The notes under the pieces: model-generated
Database searches by the model: none
What the model was told of the DNA's origin: nothing
The model's input: the letters and a program-made list of their open reading frames with translations, nothing else
In this document: positions 37,176-45,823 of the stretch, piece after piece
Numbering within the stretch: position 1 is the stretch's first letter
Layout of the letters: each line of letters opens with the position of its first letter
Made by a program: the position numbers and the translations under genes
IMG/VR virus record: IMGVR_UViG_3300022413_000009
Location: 4,827 to 68,826 of that record
Reading direction: 5' to 3' (one strand)
Length of the DNA stretch: 64,000 bases
DNA from: a virus

Positions 37176-37866
37176 CTTCGAATCCTATTGCGTTGTCAAG
37201 CCACAGCGGCTCGGTGTGCGGGCCTGTCTCCAACCACCTAACGATGGCTGGGATACAGGTATCGAGTTTGAAATGGTCAGTCCAATCTTTTAATCGAATG
37301 AATCGACCAATCACTTCTTCTGTCCACTCCGGATCAGGCTCCTTCGTAAACCATTCACATCTCGCGCCGCGTTCTCCGTCAATTCGGCGCATTGCCCAGC
37401 CTCGCCCGAAAGGCCTGTGGGTAACTTGGTTGGCTCGTTCGGGTATCTCCGAATGAGTAAATCGTATCAATTCGAACTCGCAGCTCAGAGCGTTTCCGAC
37501 TGAGTCAGCGTTGTCGTGAATTCCGCAGCGTCCATCAACCAAATTCAAATGATGGCAGTAGTAGGTGTCGTTCCCGACTTGCATGTCACTCATCACAGGA
37601 AACTCTTCTCCGTCAAATTGGATCATCCTCTCTTCAACTCGATCCGCGACACCCGAGTGAAGCTTCTCTCCGGGCAGCCAATCCATCGTGAACTTACGGC
37701 AACAACCGCCGCAGTTCGGATGGCAAATCATCTGCCTTGTGAACATGCCAGGCGACACGCGCAATCGTTTCGGATGATATATCTTGTTCTTGTATCCGAA
37801 AGGCCGCAGCGTCACGGGCGCGAAATACGATGTGATGATCTTCTCAACTGAGTCCATTGAGTTCAT
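37132..37866 (-). CDS. Cys-rich hypothetical protein
   Basis: 244 aa; CHPNCGGCC and additional Cys/His clusters; unknown function, inside deazaguanine cluster. Confidence 0.3.
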   Translation of the reverse strand: MNSMDSVEKIITSYFAPVTLRPFGYKNKIYHPKRLRVSPGMFTRQMICHPNCGGCCRKFTMDWLPGEKLHSGVADRVEERMIQFDGEEFPVMSDMQVGNDTYYCHHLNLVDGRCGIHDNADSVGNALSCEFELIRFTHSEIPERANQVTHRPFGRGWAMRRIDGERGARCEWFTKEPDPEWTEEVIGRFIRLKDWTDHFKLDTCIPAIVRWLETGPHTEPLWLDNAIGFEDERSNEVTEIAGLK

Positions 37867-38462
37867 ATTCCAAATCCTAGGTCAAAGGCCTTCGCGAAAA
37901 ATGCGGACTTCGCGTCACGCGGCAATTGGGGAATGATTTCTATCCTCAATTCCTGCGCCTCTTGGCCGTGTTCATCCCACCCGACCCAATCTCGCGAGTC
38001 GGCATTGATAAGATTCTCTGCTTCAACGAAGAGAGCCAACCAGTCGGCTTTCTTGACGATGTCGCACTTTCCGATGAGCTGATACTTCTCTTCAATCCGT
38101 TTCTCAATCATCGCTTCGAGTTTATGGTAGCCCACCACTTGAGCTTTGAAGGGAGCAGCCATGTCACTCAAATAGGCTTCGCTGGCATCATGGAAGAGTG
38201 CCTGTCGTTGCTCTCCTTGGTTCCCGCCAAGCCATTCGACAATGCTAGTCACCAATACCGAGTGCTGCGCCACGGAGTAGAAATGAGTTACGTGGCCGGT
38301 GTACCGGCATTGATTGCTCAACGCATGACCGATATCTTCAATGCAAATTTCAGACGGATCATCGCCAAACAGATTGAACCTCTTGTCACTGTATGTCGTG
38401 ATCCACACGTGATCCTTGAATGCGTTTCTGCTACCCGGCATCGGGCTCCTCCTGATTGTCAT
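37863..38462 (-). CDS. HD-domain phosphohydrolase
   Basis: 199 aa; H...ALFHDASEAYLSDM HD motif (YfbR-like 5'-deoxynucleotidase type). Confidence 0.5.
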   Translation of the reverse strand: MTIRRSPMPGSRNAFKDHVWITTYSDKRFNLFGDDPSEICIEDIGHALSNQCRYTGHVTHFYSVAQHSVLVTSIVEWLGGNQGEQRQALFHDASEAYLSDMAAPFKAQVVGYHKLEAMIEKRIEEKYQLIGKCDIVKKADWLALFVEAENLINADSRDWVGWDEHGQEAQELRIEIIPQLPRDAKSAFFAKAFDLGFGI

Positions 38463-38964
38463 AACACGAGATGGCGAAGTGGTCGTTCTCTTTCTCCGTC
38501 ACCACATGGACATTCTGCCAGCGGTACATGAGTTTCCTCATCCACCAGGCTTGGGGCTTGAGTGTGATATGAGCGTTCCTTCCGTCTGGTAGCTTCGCAC
38601 AAGCCGGGCGAACTGAAATGACGAAGAAAGCCGCTAGGATCGTCTTTGATTTGATGTGGTCCAAAACAGCGTCGATGAACTCTTCCTCGACATGCTCCAT
38701 CACGTCAATGCAGAGGACTAAGTCGCAAGGGACCGGATCTTCTGAGAACTCTCCTTCAATCGCCGGATCATAATTTGTCACGCCCGGGAAATTCTGGCTC
38801 ACAGTCGCCTTGCCGCAGCCATAATCGAGGATAGAGCTTTGCTCTGGCCATGAATAGACGAAAGGGACGATCCATTCTTTCCAGCACCGCCAGGCGCTCG
38901 ATCCAAAGTGTTCGCTCTGCTTGTGAAGCTTCGAGTTCAATGCCTTGTATTCGTCAGATATCAT
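38431..38964 (-). CDS. Class I SAM-dependent methyltransferase
   Basis: 177 aa; motif I ILDYGCGKA, acidic motif II region LVLCIDVMEH. Confidence 0.5.
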   Translation of the reverse strand: MISDEYKALNSKLHKQSEHFGSSAWRCWKEWIVPFVYSWPEQSSILDYGCGKATVSQNFPGVTNYDPAIEGEFSEDPVPCDLVLCIDVMEHVEEEFIDAVLDHIKSKTILAAFFVISVRPACAKLPDGRNAHITLKPQAWWMRKLMYRWQNVHVVTEKENDHFAISCYDNQEEPDAG

Positions 38965-39337
38965 CTACGTCATATATCCTCTTCAAAAGTATCTCCGCGA
39001 TCTCGGGTGGGCTGAAATGGTCGCCTTTCAGCACCTTCCCATTCTCGTCCTTACCTTCTTTCGTCATGTTGCTTCGGTGGACTTCGGCAAAAACCTTGTC
39101 CAATGGAATCCCGTAATAATGAGCGGTGCCGCAGATGACATATACCATGTCAGCTAGGGCGTCCGTCACTTTCGTGAGATCCTTGCCTCGTTCAGCATAC
39201 CGATATTCATGATACTGATCCTCTAAGAGCTTCATTCGCCTCTTCACCTCCTCAGTGTCGGGTAGGTGTGGGACATCATTTATCGGTATGTCAAATTTCT
39301 CGTGAAACTCCTTAACGCACATCATCGCGCGATGCAT
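38954..39337 (-). CDS. MazG-like nucleotide pyrophosphohydrolase (all-alpha NTP-PPase)
   Basis: 127 aa; helical EExxE-type composition typical of MazG/HisE family; moderate. Confidence 0.35.
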   Translation of the reverse strand: MHRAMMCVKEFHEKFDIPINDVPHLPDTEEVKRRMKLLEDQYHEYRYAERGKDLTKVTDALADMVYVICGTAHYYGIPLDKVFAEVHRSNMTKEGKDENGKVLKGDHFSPPEIAEILLKRIYDVDDI

Positions 39338-39350
39338 TGGCCTTCTCCCA

Positions 39351-39908
39351 TTACCGTACTTGGTTCAAAAACTCCTCTTTGGCACTATTATCGCTCTTGA
39401 ATACGCCTCTTAGGGCTGTGGTGATGGTTTCGTGTCCCTGCTGACAGACTCCACGGCTTTCCATGCACAGGTGCCGACAGCATAGCCTGACCGCCACTCC
39501 TCTTGGCGACAGAACATCGTATATGGATTCTGCGATTTGATCGGTGAGTCGTTCTTGGACTTGGAGTCTGCGGGAAAAGCAATCCACGACTCGATTGAGT
39601 TTGGAAAGTCCGCAGATTTTCCCATCCGGGATATAGGCGACTGAGGCACGACCAAAAATAGCAGCAAGATGGTGCTCGCAATGGCTATATACCGGAATAT
39701 CACGGACCAACACCATTTGGTCGTAGTTTTCACCGCCATCTTCGAACTCCTTCATTATGTCCTTAGGATCTTCGCCGTAGCCCTTGGTCCAGAACTCCCA
39801 CGCGCGAGACACGCGCAAAGGGGTCTCAACCAATCCGCCTCGTTCCGGGTCCTCACCGATTCCTTTGAGCAGGTATCCGGCAGCGGCTTCTAGGTCACCA
39901 TTGCTCAT
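39351..39908 (-). CDS. folE: GTP cyclohydrolase I (FolE)
   Basis: Start trimmed to [33 protein letters not shown]; catalytic [13 protein letters not shown] motif. Confidence 0.7.
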   Translation of the reverse strand: MSNGDLEAAAGYLLKGIGEDPERGGLVETPLRVSRAWEFWTKGYGEDPKDIMKEFEDGGENYDQMVLVRDIPVYSHCEHHLAAIFGRASVAYIPDGKICGLSKLNRVVDCFSRRLQVQERLTDQIAESIYDVLSPRGVAVRLCCRHLCMESRGVCQQGHETITTALRGVFKSDNSAKEEFLNQVR

Positions 39909-40621
39909 GCTGCGGCCACCACGCTCTTCCAGAACTCTCTGTCTTCGTACTCGAGTGGATCTACCCACCCCATGTCGTTGAATGACTCCAGTCGTTCGAC
40001 ACAGGCGCCGCACTTGCCGCAGGCCTCTCTTCGACCGTTATAGCAGGTCCAGCTTTGACCATAATCCTCAGCGGTGAGACCAAGATCTTTGCCCACGTCA
40101 AGTATGTCGCCTTTGGTGAGTGTAATGAACGGTGTCAGCAATTTGACAGGTTGGTAGTTCGCAATCATCGTCGCTCCATTTAGAGCGTCGAAGAACTCTT
40201 CTCGGCAGTCGGGGTAGATATCGTGATCCCCTGCATGGGCGCCGCAGAACACGGCACCAATATCTAGGCTCACCGCGTATCCGACTGCTAGGCTGAGCAT
40301 TATCATATTTCGATTCGGGACGACTGTCGCCTTCATGTTTTCTTCAGAGTAGTGTCCCTCCGGGACCTCAATGCCGCTGGTCAATGAGCTGCCTTGGAGC
40401 AGAGTGTTGATTGATCGAATGTCAACCACCTTGTGCGGAATTCGTTTCACCGCGCAAAATCGGTGAGCGTACTCAAGCTCTTTGGCATGACGTTGCCCGT
40501 AATTGAACGACAAGGCATGCACCTCGTCACAGGTTTCGAGAGCGTGATTGAGAAGCGTGAACGAGTCCATGCCTCCCGAGTAGATGACTACCGACTTCAT
40601 AATGATACCTCCGCTGAACAT
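39905..40621 (-). CDS. queC: 7-cyano-7-deazaguanine synthase QueC
   Basis: 238 aa; PP-loop VIYSGGMDS and C-terminal zinc cluster [11 protein letters not shown]. Confidence 0.75.
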   Translation of the reverse strand: MFSGGIIMKSVVIYSGGMDSFTLLNHALETCDEVHALSFNYGQRHAKELEYAHRFCAVKRIPHKVVDIRSINTLLQGSSLTSGIEVPEGHYSEENMKATVVPNRNMIMLSLAVGYAVSLDIGAVFCGAHAGDHDIYPDCREEFFDALNGATMIANYQPVKLLTPFITLTKGDILDVGKDLGLTAEDYGQSWTCYNGRREACGKCGACVERLESFNDMGWVDPLEYEDREFWKSVVAAA

Positions 40622-41052
40622 TTTCGTGTCTCTTCGACGATGACTTTCGTGAGCTTGACGCCGGGAGCATCAGCCAACAATTCCGGACCCATTATTTCGA
40701 GAAGATATCTGCCCATATTCTCGGCTGTCGGGTTAAATGGTGTGATGTGGAGACTGTCGTGCAGGTGTTGCCCTGGGTTGTCTCCGCTGATGAATCCTTG
40801 CTGAAGTAACTTGAGCATCGGATCGTCTTTCCAGATGAGGAACTTATGGTCCCATCTTCGCTCAAGCCATTCACAGAGCTTCGACTTGATGACTCCGAAG
40901 TCTATGACACGACCCACACCGTCGAGTTCCTCTGCTTCACAGAAGAACGTCACACGATAGTTATGTCCGTGGAGCCACCGGCACTTGTTCTCGTGTCCAA
41001 CGACGCGGTGTCCGGCGCTGAAATCGTGGTACCTAACTGCTCTGATTGACAT
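40597..41052 (-). CDS. queD: 6-carboxy-5,6,7,8-tetrahydropterin synthase QueD
   Basis: 151 aa; CRWLHGHNY (CxxxHGH) PTPS-family motif. Confidence 0.7.
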   Translation of the reverse strand: MSIRAVRYHDFSAGHRVVGHENKCRWLHGHNYRVTFFCEAEELDGVGRVIDFGVIKSKLCEWLERRWDHKFLIWKDDPMLKLLQQGFISGDNPGQHLHDSLHITPFNPTAENMGRYLLEIMGPELLADAPGVKLTKVIVEETRKCSAEVSL

Positions 41053-41470
41053 AGTTCCTCTCTAATGGGGCAATGGTGTGGATGGTTAGAGGATCTTCTT
41101 CTGCCTGGTGGGCTTCAACGAACTGGGCTGTCTCCATCCCAATAGCACGAACAACAACCTTCTTTTCTTTGACCGCCTGTATGGGACAAGGTACGACAAC
41201 CGCCTCACGGCCGTAGACCTTCCCGTCTTGGACCAGGACCAAGTCTTCACCGTCTTGATAGAAGAGGGCATAGTATCCGTCTGGATCATTTGCCAGGTTG
41301 CCATTGAACTGGACCGTGATGTCAATGCAGAAAGGATCGTCATCGAACTCACCAAGTGTGACGACGTTTGAATAGGCCGACCCCGGTTCGGCGAGTGCTG
41401 GGGGAAGTAGCGCCACGGCGGAGCCAAGGCCGACCATTTGCAAGAACTTTCTTCGATCCATCTTAGTCAT
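41033..41470 (-). CDS. Secreted protein with twin-arginine (Tat) signal peptide
   Basis: 145 aa; MTKMDRRKFLQMVGLGSAVALLPPALA. Confidence 0.5.
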   Translation of the reverse strand: MTKMDRRKFLQMVGLGSAVALLPPALAEPGSAYSNVVTLGEFDDDPFCIDITVQFNGNLANDPDGYYALFYQDGEDLVLVQDGKVYGREAVVVPCPIQAVKEKKVVVRAIGMETAQFVEAHQAEEDPLTIHTIAPLERNYVNQSS

Positions 41471-41831
41471 CGGAATGGAACTCTCCTATCAAACAATGTA
41501 GGAACTCGTGCCCAAGGGCATCCATGTCGGGGTCTCCGAGTATCTGTTCTGGCCGCCTAGCGTAGACAGCACAGAGCGAGGAGTTCGTCTCCTCATCATA
41601 ATAGAACGAGCTCCAGGCTTCACCGCCACGTTCACTGTCGAGCCAATTGATGTGAACGGTTGTCGAGTCAACCTCCCATTCCTGTTCGACTTCTTCACCA
41701 TAAGGATCGTAGCAGTAGAGCGGAGTCTCCTCAGCCTGTGCTTCAACCGGCTTGAAATTCAGCGTTACCCCTACTCCGAGAAAAAAGGTCACAATGACCA
41801 TCGATGCGACGACAATATGTATCTTCAACAT
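41463..41831 (-). CDS. Small secreted HExxH zinc-metallopeptidase-like protein
   Basis: 122 aa; signal/TM N-terminus and HEFLHCLIGEFH near C-terminus. Confidence 0.35.
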   Translation of the reverse strand: MLKIHIVVASMVIVTFFLGVGVTLNFKPVEAQAEETPLYCYDPYGEEVEQEWEVDSTTVHINWLDSERGGEAWSSFYYDEETNSSLCAVYARRPEQILGDPDMDALGHEFLHCLIGEFHSDD

Positions 41832-42553
41832 TATGGTAACCCCAGGTGCTTGTGAAGTTGATAGCTCATCCGATACCCGTACTGTTTCACAAGGCTGATG
41901 GCGTGTAGCTCGTTCTGCCGGTTCTCATCCTTGTCATACGAGTCTAGTGGCTGGACATACACCGCCTTACCGTTTGGAGGACGTGCCAGACGAATGTGCT
42001 TCTGCTTGGTTTGGGTACTGAGAATTGGCAAGCCATCCTCTTTGTCGGTATCGTCGAAGCTCACGATATACTTGTAACAGGACGACAGAGATTCAATTGT
42101 CTTATTGATTTTGGCCGTCTTCGGTGAGCAGACAATAGACAGATTGCCGTTCGCGAAAGCCAGCCTCGCCCAGTCATCGTTGAAGGCATCAATCCAGCGA
42201 ATGCCGTTCGTTTCAATCTGTACCCGATGCCCCTGCTCCAAGAGTTTGAAGCACAGGACCGAGATGTCTTGTCGAAAAGGCTCGCCGCCAGTGAGCACTA
42301 CCAAGTCAGTTTTGATGTGCTCATTGGCGGCGATAATCGCCAGAAGTAGTTCATCCATATGGGGGTGCCATGTGGACGATTCGAAGTCAGTGTCGCACCA
42401 GAAGCATTTGAGATTGCATCCGCCGAGGCGAACGAAGATAGCGCCTTCGCCAGCGAAAGGTCCCTCACCTTGTATGGTAGGGAAAACTTCTTGGATCCAG
42501 AGTTGATTTGGTGAGGATAGGTCCTGTTTTCTTATAGGGTTTTCGCCGAACAT
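41831..42553 (-). CDS. queE: 7-carboxy-7-deazaguanine synthase QueE (radical SAM)
   Basis: 240 aa; TIQGEGPFAGEGAIFVRLGGCNLKCFWCDT cluster-binding motif. Confidence 0.75.
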   Translation of the reverse strand: MFGENPIRKQDLSSPNQLWIQEVFPTIQGEGPFAGEGAIFVRLGGCNLKCFWCDTDFESSTWHPHMDELLLAIIAANEHIKTDLVVLTGGEPFRQDISVLCFKLLEQGHRVQIETNGIRWIDAFNDDWARLAFANGNLSIVCSPKTAKINKTIESLSSCYKYIVSFDDTDKEDGLPILSTQTKQKHIRLARPPNGKAVYVQPLDSYDKDENRQNELHAISLVKQYGYRMSYQLHKHLGLP

Positions 42554-42585
42554 ATCACCGGTACCTTTCTATGTGGTTGAAGATA

Positions 42586-42999
42586 TTACTGGGTATCCAC
42601 TTCCGACGCAAGTTCTGAGTCACCCGGATTCTCAAGTCGTTGATACACCTCTTTAATGGACTCTTGCAATGACTCTTTCATGTACGAGAAGCGGTCAGGA
42701 ATCGCAAGAACCTTGACAGGTTTGTCTGTCATGTCGAGCGGGAATCGCATTTCAAGGGTCTGGAAATGGATATCTTCCATGCAGACGATTTCATCTGCCC
42801 AGTGGATTAGGATGGCATCCACCGGGATTAGCGCATAATCATTCGCGCCAGCGGCCCTGGTATTGAAGCCAAATTCTCGTTGAAGGACAACCGCAGCGGT
42901 CGGAGAACGCAAAAGACCCGCAGAGCAGACGCAAAGAACTCTCTTCGCGTCGCCCTGGTACGGGTTCTTGCAGGTGAACAATCGATTCATATCGTTCAT
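42586..42999 (-). CDS. Low-molecular-weight protein-tyrosine phosphatase / ArsC-like protein
   Basis: 137 aa; P-loop CSAGLLRSP (CX5R-S) near N-terminus and downstream DP loop. Confidence 0.45.
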   Translation of the reverse strand: MNDMNRLFTCKNPYQGDAKRVLCVCSAGLLRSPTAAVVLQREFGFNTRAAGANDYALIPVDAILIHWADEIVCMEDIHFQTLEMRFPLDMTDKPVKVLAIPDRFSYMKESLQESIKEVYQRLENPGDSELASEVDTQ

Positions 43000-43224
43000 T
43001 TAAGGATCCAAAAGTTTCTTCGCCTCCTTGAGGGTTCTCCGTGCCTTGTTCACGTCTTTTGCTACAGAGAGAGGATCAATCTTCTCCCCTTTGGTCTCCT
43101 TCCGGAAGCCTGCAATCATGGCACCAAAGTCACCACCAGCTTGGCGGATACGTTTCGTCCCGAACAACATGATCACGATTACTGCGATAATCAGAAGTTG
43201 GGGCATGCTTATTCCTGACAACAT
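43000..43224 (-). CDS. tatA: Twin-arginine translocase subunit TatA/TatE homologue
   Basis: 74 aa; [42 protein letters not shown] aligns closely with bacterial TatA ([40 protein letters not shown]): TM helix, hinge G, amphipathic helix. Confidence 0.75.
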   Translation of the reverse strand: [74 protein letters not shown]

Positions 43225-43331
43225 TTCATTTCTCCTTTCTATGAGATAAGGAGCGGGCCCTGAGTTTCCGGTTTGAATGACATTGACCTAGTCATCGCAT
43301 CCCCTTCAATCTACTGGCGGGCCCGCCGTTT

Positions 43332-43361
43332 GAAAAACCCGCCCCGGGTTGGCAGGGCGGG
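43332..43361 (-). terminator. Rho-independent terminator between 43434..44183 gene and tatA
   Basis: Minus-sense CCCGCCCTGCCAACCCGGGGCGGG hairpin followed by TTTTTC. Confidence 0.45.
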
Positions 43362-43433
43362 AGCCTTCTAGATTCCTGGACCGAGAAGGCATGGCCCGTT
43401 CTGTTGCCAGGTGGGCCAGTCCCCGAATCTTCT

Positions 43434-44183
43434 TCAGGCTGCGATGTCGAACTCTACGACCTCATCAATCAGGTCGTGAAGCTTCCGAGTGCGAGGAGCC
43501 AGCTCGTTGACTGACAGTCCCTTCAGCGACTCGGTTGCAGCGTTGAACAACCTCCAACCACTGTCGCCAGTCTTGGCAAACGACTTGTGGTCAGGTGTGT
43601 CCCACTGCTCGACAACCTTCTCGACTCGTCCTGTGTTGATTGCACCTCGGCGCAACATCTCAACGATCAGGTACTCAGCCTCGAAAGGCGTGAGCTGACG
43701 TTTCTTGTAGGCGTCATATCGAGCTGACTGCACCGCACTCAAGTCGATGACTTTGCCTACTGCGTCGTCAATGACGTCGCCCAGGCTGTCAAGAATGAGT
43801 GACGTATGCTTGCGGCCAACGGTTACTTCACCGCTGAACGCTAGGTTGTCACAAACGAAGACGCCACTACCACATGCGATGGAAGCGGCAAACCACTTGA
43901 TGTGGCTGTTCCGCAATCCGATGACGGTAGCGAAGTCCGCGCTCTTCTTCGAGTGAACTTCCATCATACCGAACATGTTCGCGCCTTCATGGCCGAGAGC
44001 GAATGCCGTCGATGCGACTTTCAATCCCTTCTCATTCAAGCGGTCCTCAACCAGGTCAACGAAGTAATCGTGACCAATGGGGACAAACGTCTCTGTCTTA
44101 GGCGGAAGGACCATACCCGAGAGGACGTTCCTTTCGACGTAGTTCGCACCACAATGGGCGATTAGGTTTAGGTTCTTACTCAT
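43434..44183 (-). CDS. Conserved phage protein (DUF932-like)
   Basis: 249 aa; length and N-terminal pattern reminiscent of DUF932 family; by memory only. Confidence 0.3.
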   Translation of the reverse strand: MSKNLNLIAHCGANYVERNVLSGMVLPPKTETFVPIGHDYFVDLVEDRLNEKGLKVASTAFALGHEGANMFGMMEVHSKKSADFATVIGLRNSHIKWFAASIACGSGVFVCDNLAFSGEVTVGRKHTSLILDSLGDVIDDAVGKVIDLSAVQSARYDAYKKRQLTPFEAEYLIVEMLRRGAINTGRVEKVVEQWDTPDHKSFAKTGDSGWRLFNAATESLKGLSVNELAPRTRKLHDLIDEVVEFDIAA

Positions 44184-44189
44184 TGTCTT

Positions 44190-44255
44190 TCTCCTTGCTT
44201 TCTATGAATGCTCAGATGTAATACTAACATCGTCACTCACGATTGCAAGAACTCA
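44190..44255 (-). promoter_or_regulatory. Conserved promoter-like element (partial copy)
   Basis: GCTCAGATGTAATACTAACATCGTCACTCACGATTGCAAGAAC shares the AATACTA...ATTGCAAG core. Confidence 0.4.
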
Positions 44256-44765
44256 TTAAGCCTCGACTGTATTCATTTCCGTAGCGACAAAGTTCACGTC
44301 TGCCGTGATAAGTTCATGCGGTGACGCCTGTATCGACACGCTATTGATATAGGCATTGAACCGATGCTTCCACGGACCCTGGTGAACTTCAATCCAATGA
44401 GGTCCATGCGTCTCCGTGAGCAGACGTACCTTTTCAATATCTTCGACATACATCGTAAACCGGCCAGAAATCTCACGTCGTCCAAATCCAAATCCAACGG
44501 GGCTTAAAACACCAACCTGTCGATGAGGATAGATATTCTCGTCCAATGAGAATTCGGATTCAATGACCATAGGTGTGAAGACTTCACCTTCAACCATCTC
44601 CTTGACTGGTTCAGAAACTTCAACGCCCGCCTGTTCAAGTGCCGCGATTGGTGATCCTTCAATCACCTCGTGTACCGCTTCGTCACCTGTCACCAGGTGT
44701 CGGCCAACCGTGGTTACGGCTACGCCACCGATCGTCATACCTTTTATGAAATCTCGTCTATCCAT
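44256..44765 (-). CDS. Secreted protein with twin-arginine (Tat) signal peptide
   Basis: 169 aa; MDRRDFIKGMTIGGVAVTTVG. Confidence 0.5.
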   Translation of the reverse strand: MDRRDFIKGMTIGGVAVTTVGRHLVTGDEAVHEVIEGSPIAALEQAGVEVSEPVKEMVEGEVFTPMVIESEFSLDENIYPHRQVGVLSPVGFGFGRREISGRFTMYVEDIEKVRLLTETHGPHWIEVHQGPWKHRFNAYINSVSIQASPHELITADVNFVATEMNTVEA

Positions 44766-45237
44766 TGTTCTCCTCCACCACCGTACCGTCAGGGTAGATG
44801 ATAATAATCGGCTTCCCCTTCTTGCGAGCGTACCTCACCGTCGCCCACGTTCCACTTCGAACTTCTTCGACGTTCCCGGGACACGCGATGATGATATCCC
44901 CAGCATCCACGATGTCGTGATTGCGAGGGATGTAATCCTTTGGCTCGTACCAAACATCACTCGTGACATACGCCCTCAACTTCGACTTCGTCGGCGGATG
45001 GCCATGTACCTCGATATTTAGACTTCGAGCAGCCGTTGCCGCGGCAGCGTCTGCGCCCATACAATCACCGTGATGAAACTCACATGGCTGAAGCTTTCGC
45101 AATCGGTCTGTCAGTGCGAGTCCCGCTGCTCGGCTTATCATATTCCTCGTTCCCGTGAAACCAATCACAGGATAGTCTGAAGGATTGATGTGCTCATCCA
45201 TCACGCTCACGCCCGGTGGAAGATTCCATCCGCTCAT
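44758..45237 (-). CDS. SLOG/DprA-like Rossmann-fold protein
   Basis: 159 aa; GFTGTR ... HHGDCMGADA ... HGHPP pattern typical of SLOG (YpsA/DprA-like) nucleotide-binding domains. Confidence 0.35.
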   Translation of the reverse strand: MSGWNLPPGVSVMDEHINPSDYPVIGFTGTRNMISRAAGLALTDRLRKLQPCEFHHGDCMGADAAAATAARSLNIEVHGHPPTKSKLRAYVTSDVWYEPKDYIPRNHDIVDAGDIIIACPGNVEEVRSGTWATVRYARKKGKPIIIIYPDGTVVEENNG

Positions 45238-45475
45238 CGTCTATCTCCTGTTGTCGATAACGCTCGTAGGCCTCATCTTCATCCTCTTGTCCGAAAATGC
45301 TTTCCCATTGCTCATCATCATCCTCCGGTGTTTGGGGACTGTCTGAAATATGGCAAGGCATCTTGTGCGTCAACTTTCTTCCTTTCTGTAAGCCCGAGGG
45401 CTGAGGGTGTGTCCCAGGTTTGTGAGGGCGAAACCTAGACCTAACTGCGACTTCCCTCAGTTCTAATAATACAAC

Positions 45476-45823
45476 CTACCGCCGCTTCTGCAAACGGTTA
45501 TAGAGCAGGATTATTCTCATCCCTATAGAAAATCTAGGTTCGTACCTGACCCCGCTACGCAGACGATTGAGATATGACTGTGAACATCCCACGATTTGCG
45601 CAACTCTCGAGCTCGAAATCTTGTGCTTCAATTGCAGGGTCCTGAGGATCTTCTGAAAATCAACCTCAGCCGGGTGTGTAGTCTCCGAAATTGAGCGTTG
45701 GGAGGTTTTTGCTCTGTTGATATTCGCGCCCGGGGATGTCAGACCAGACAAGTGACTCTGGTACTTCATAGAGTTGGTCGCAATTTCTGCAGACATCGAT
45801 GTCATCGAATCTTCCTTCCTCAT
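45476..45823 (-). CDS. Helix-turn-helix DNA-binding protein
   Basis: 115 aa; SSRVAQIVGCSQSYLNRLRSG HTH; overlaps 3' end of radical SAM gene by about 158 nt in another frame. Confidence 0.4.
   Translation of the reverse strand: MRKEDSMTSMSAEIATNSMKYQSHLSGLTSPGANINRAKTSQRSISETTHPAEVDFQKILRTLQLKHKISSSRVAQIVGCSQSYLNRLRSGVRYEPRFSIGMRIILLYNRLQKRR

Noticed and set aside
39351-40013. Full-length track ORF for FolE (220 aa) overlapping queC by about 108 nt
   Set aside because: The N-terminal 35 residues are Arg-rich junk. The start was moved to the internal Met ([11 protein letters not shown]), which abuts the queC stop.
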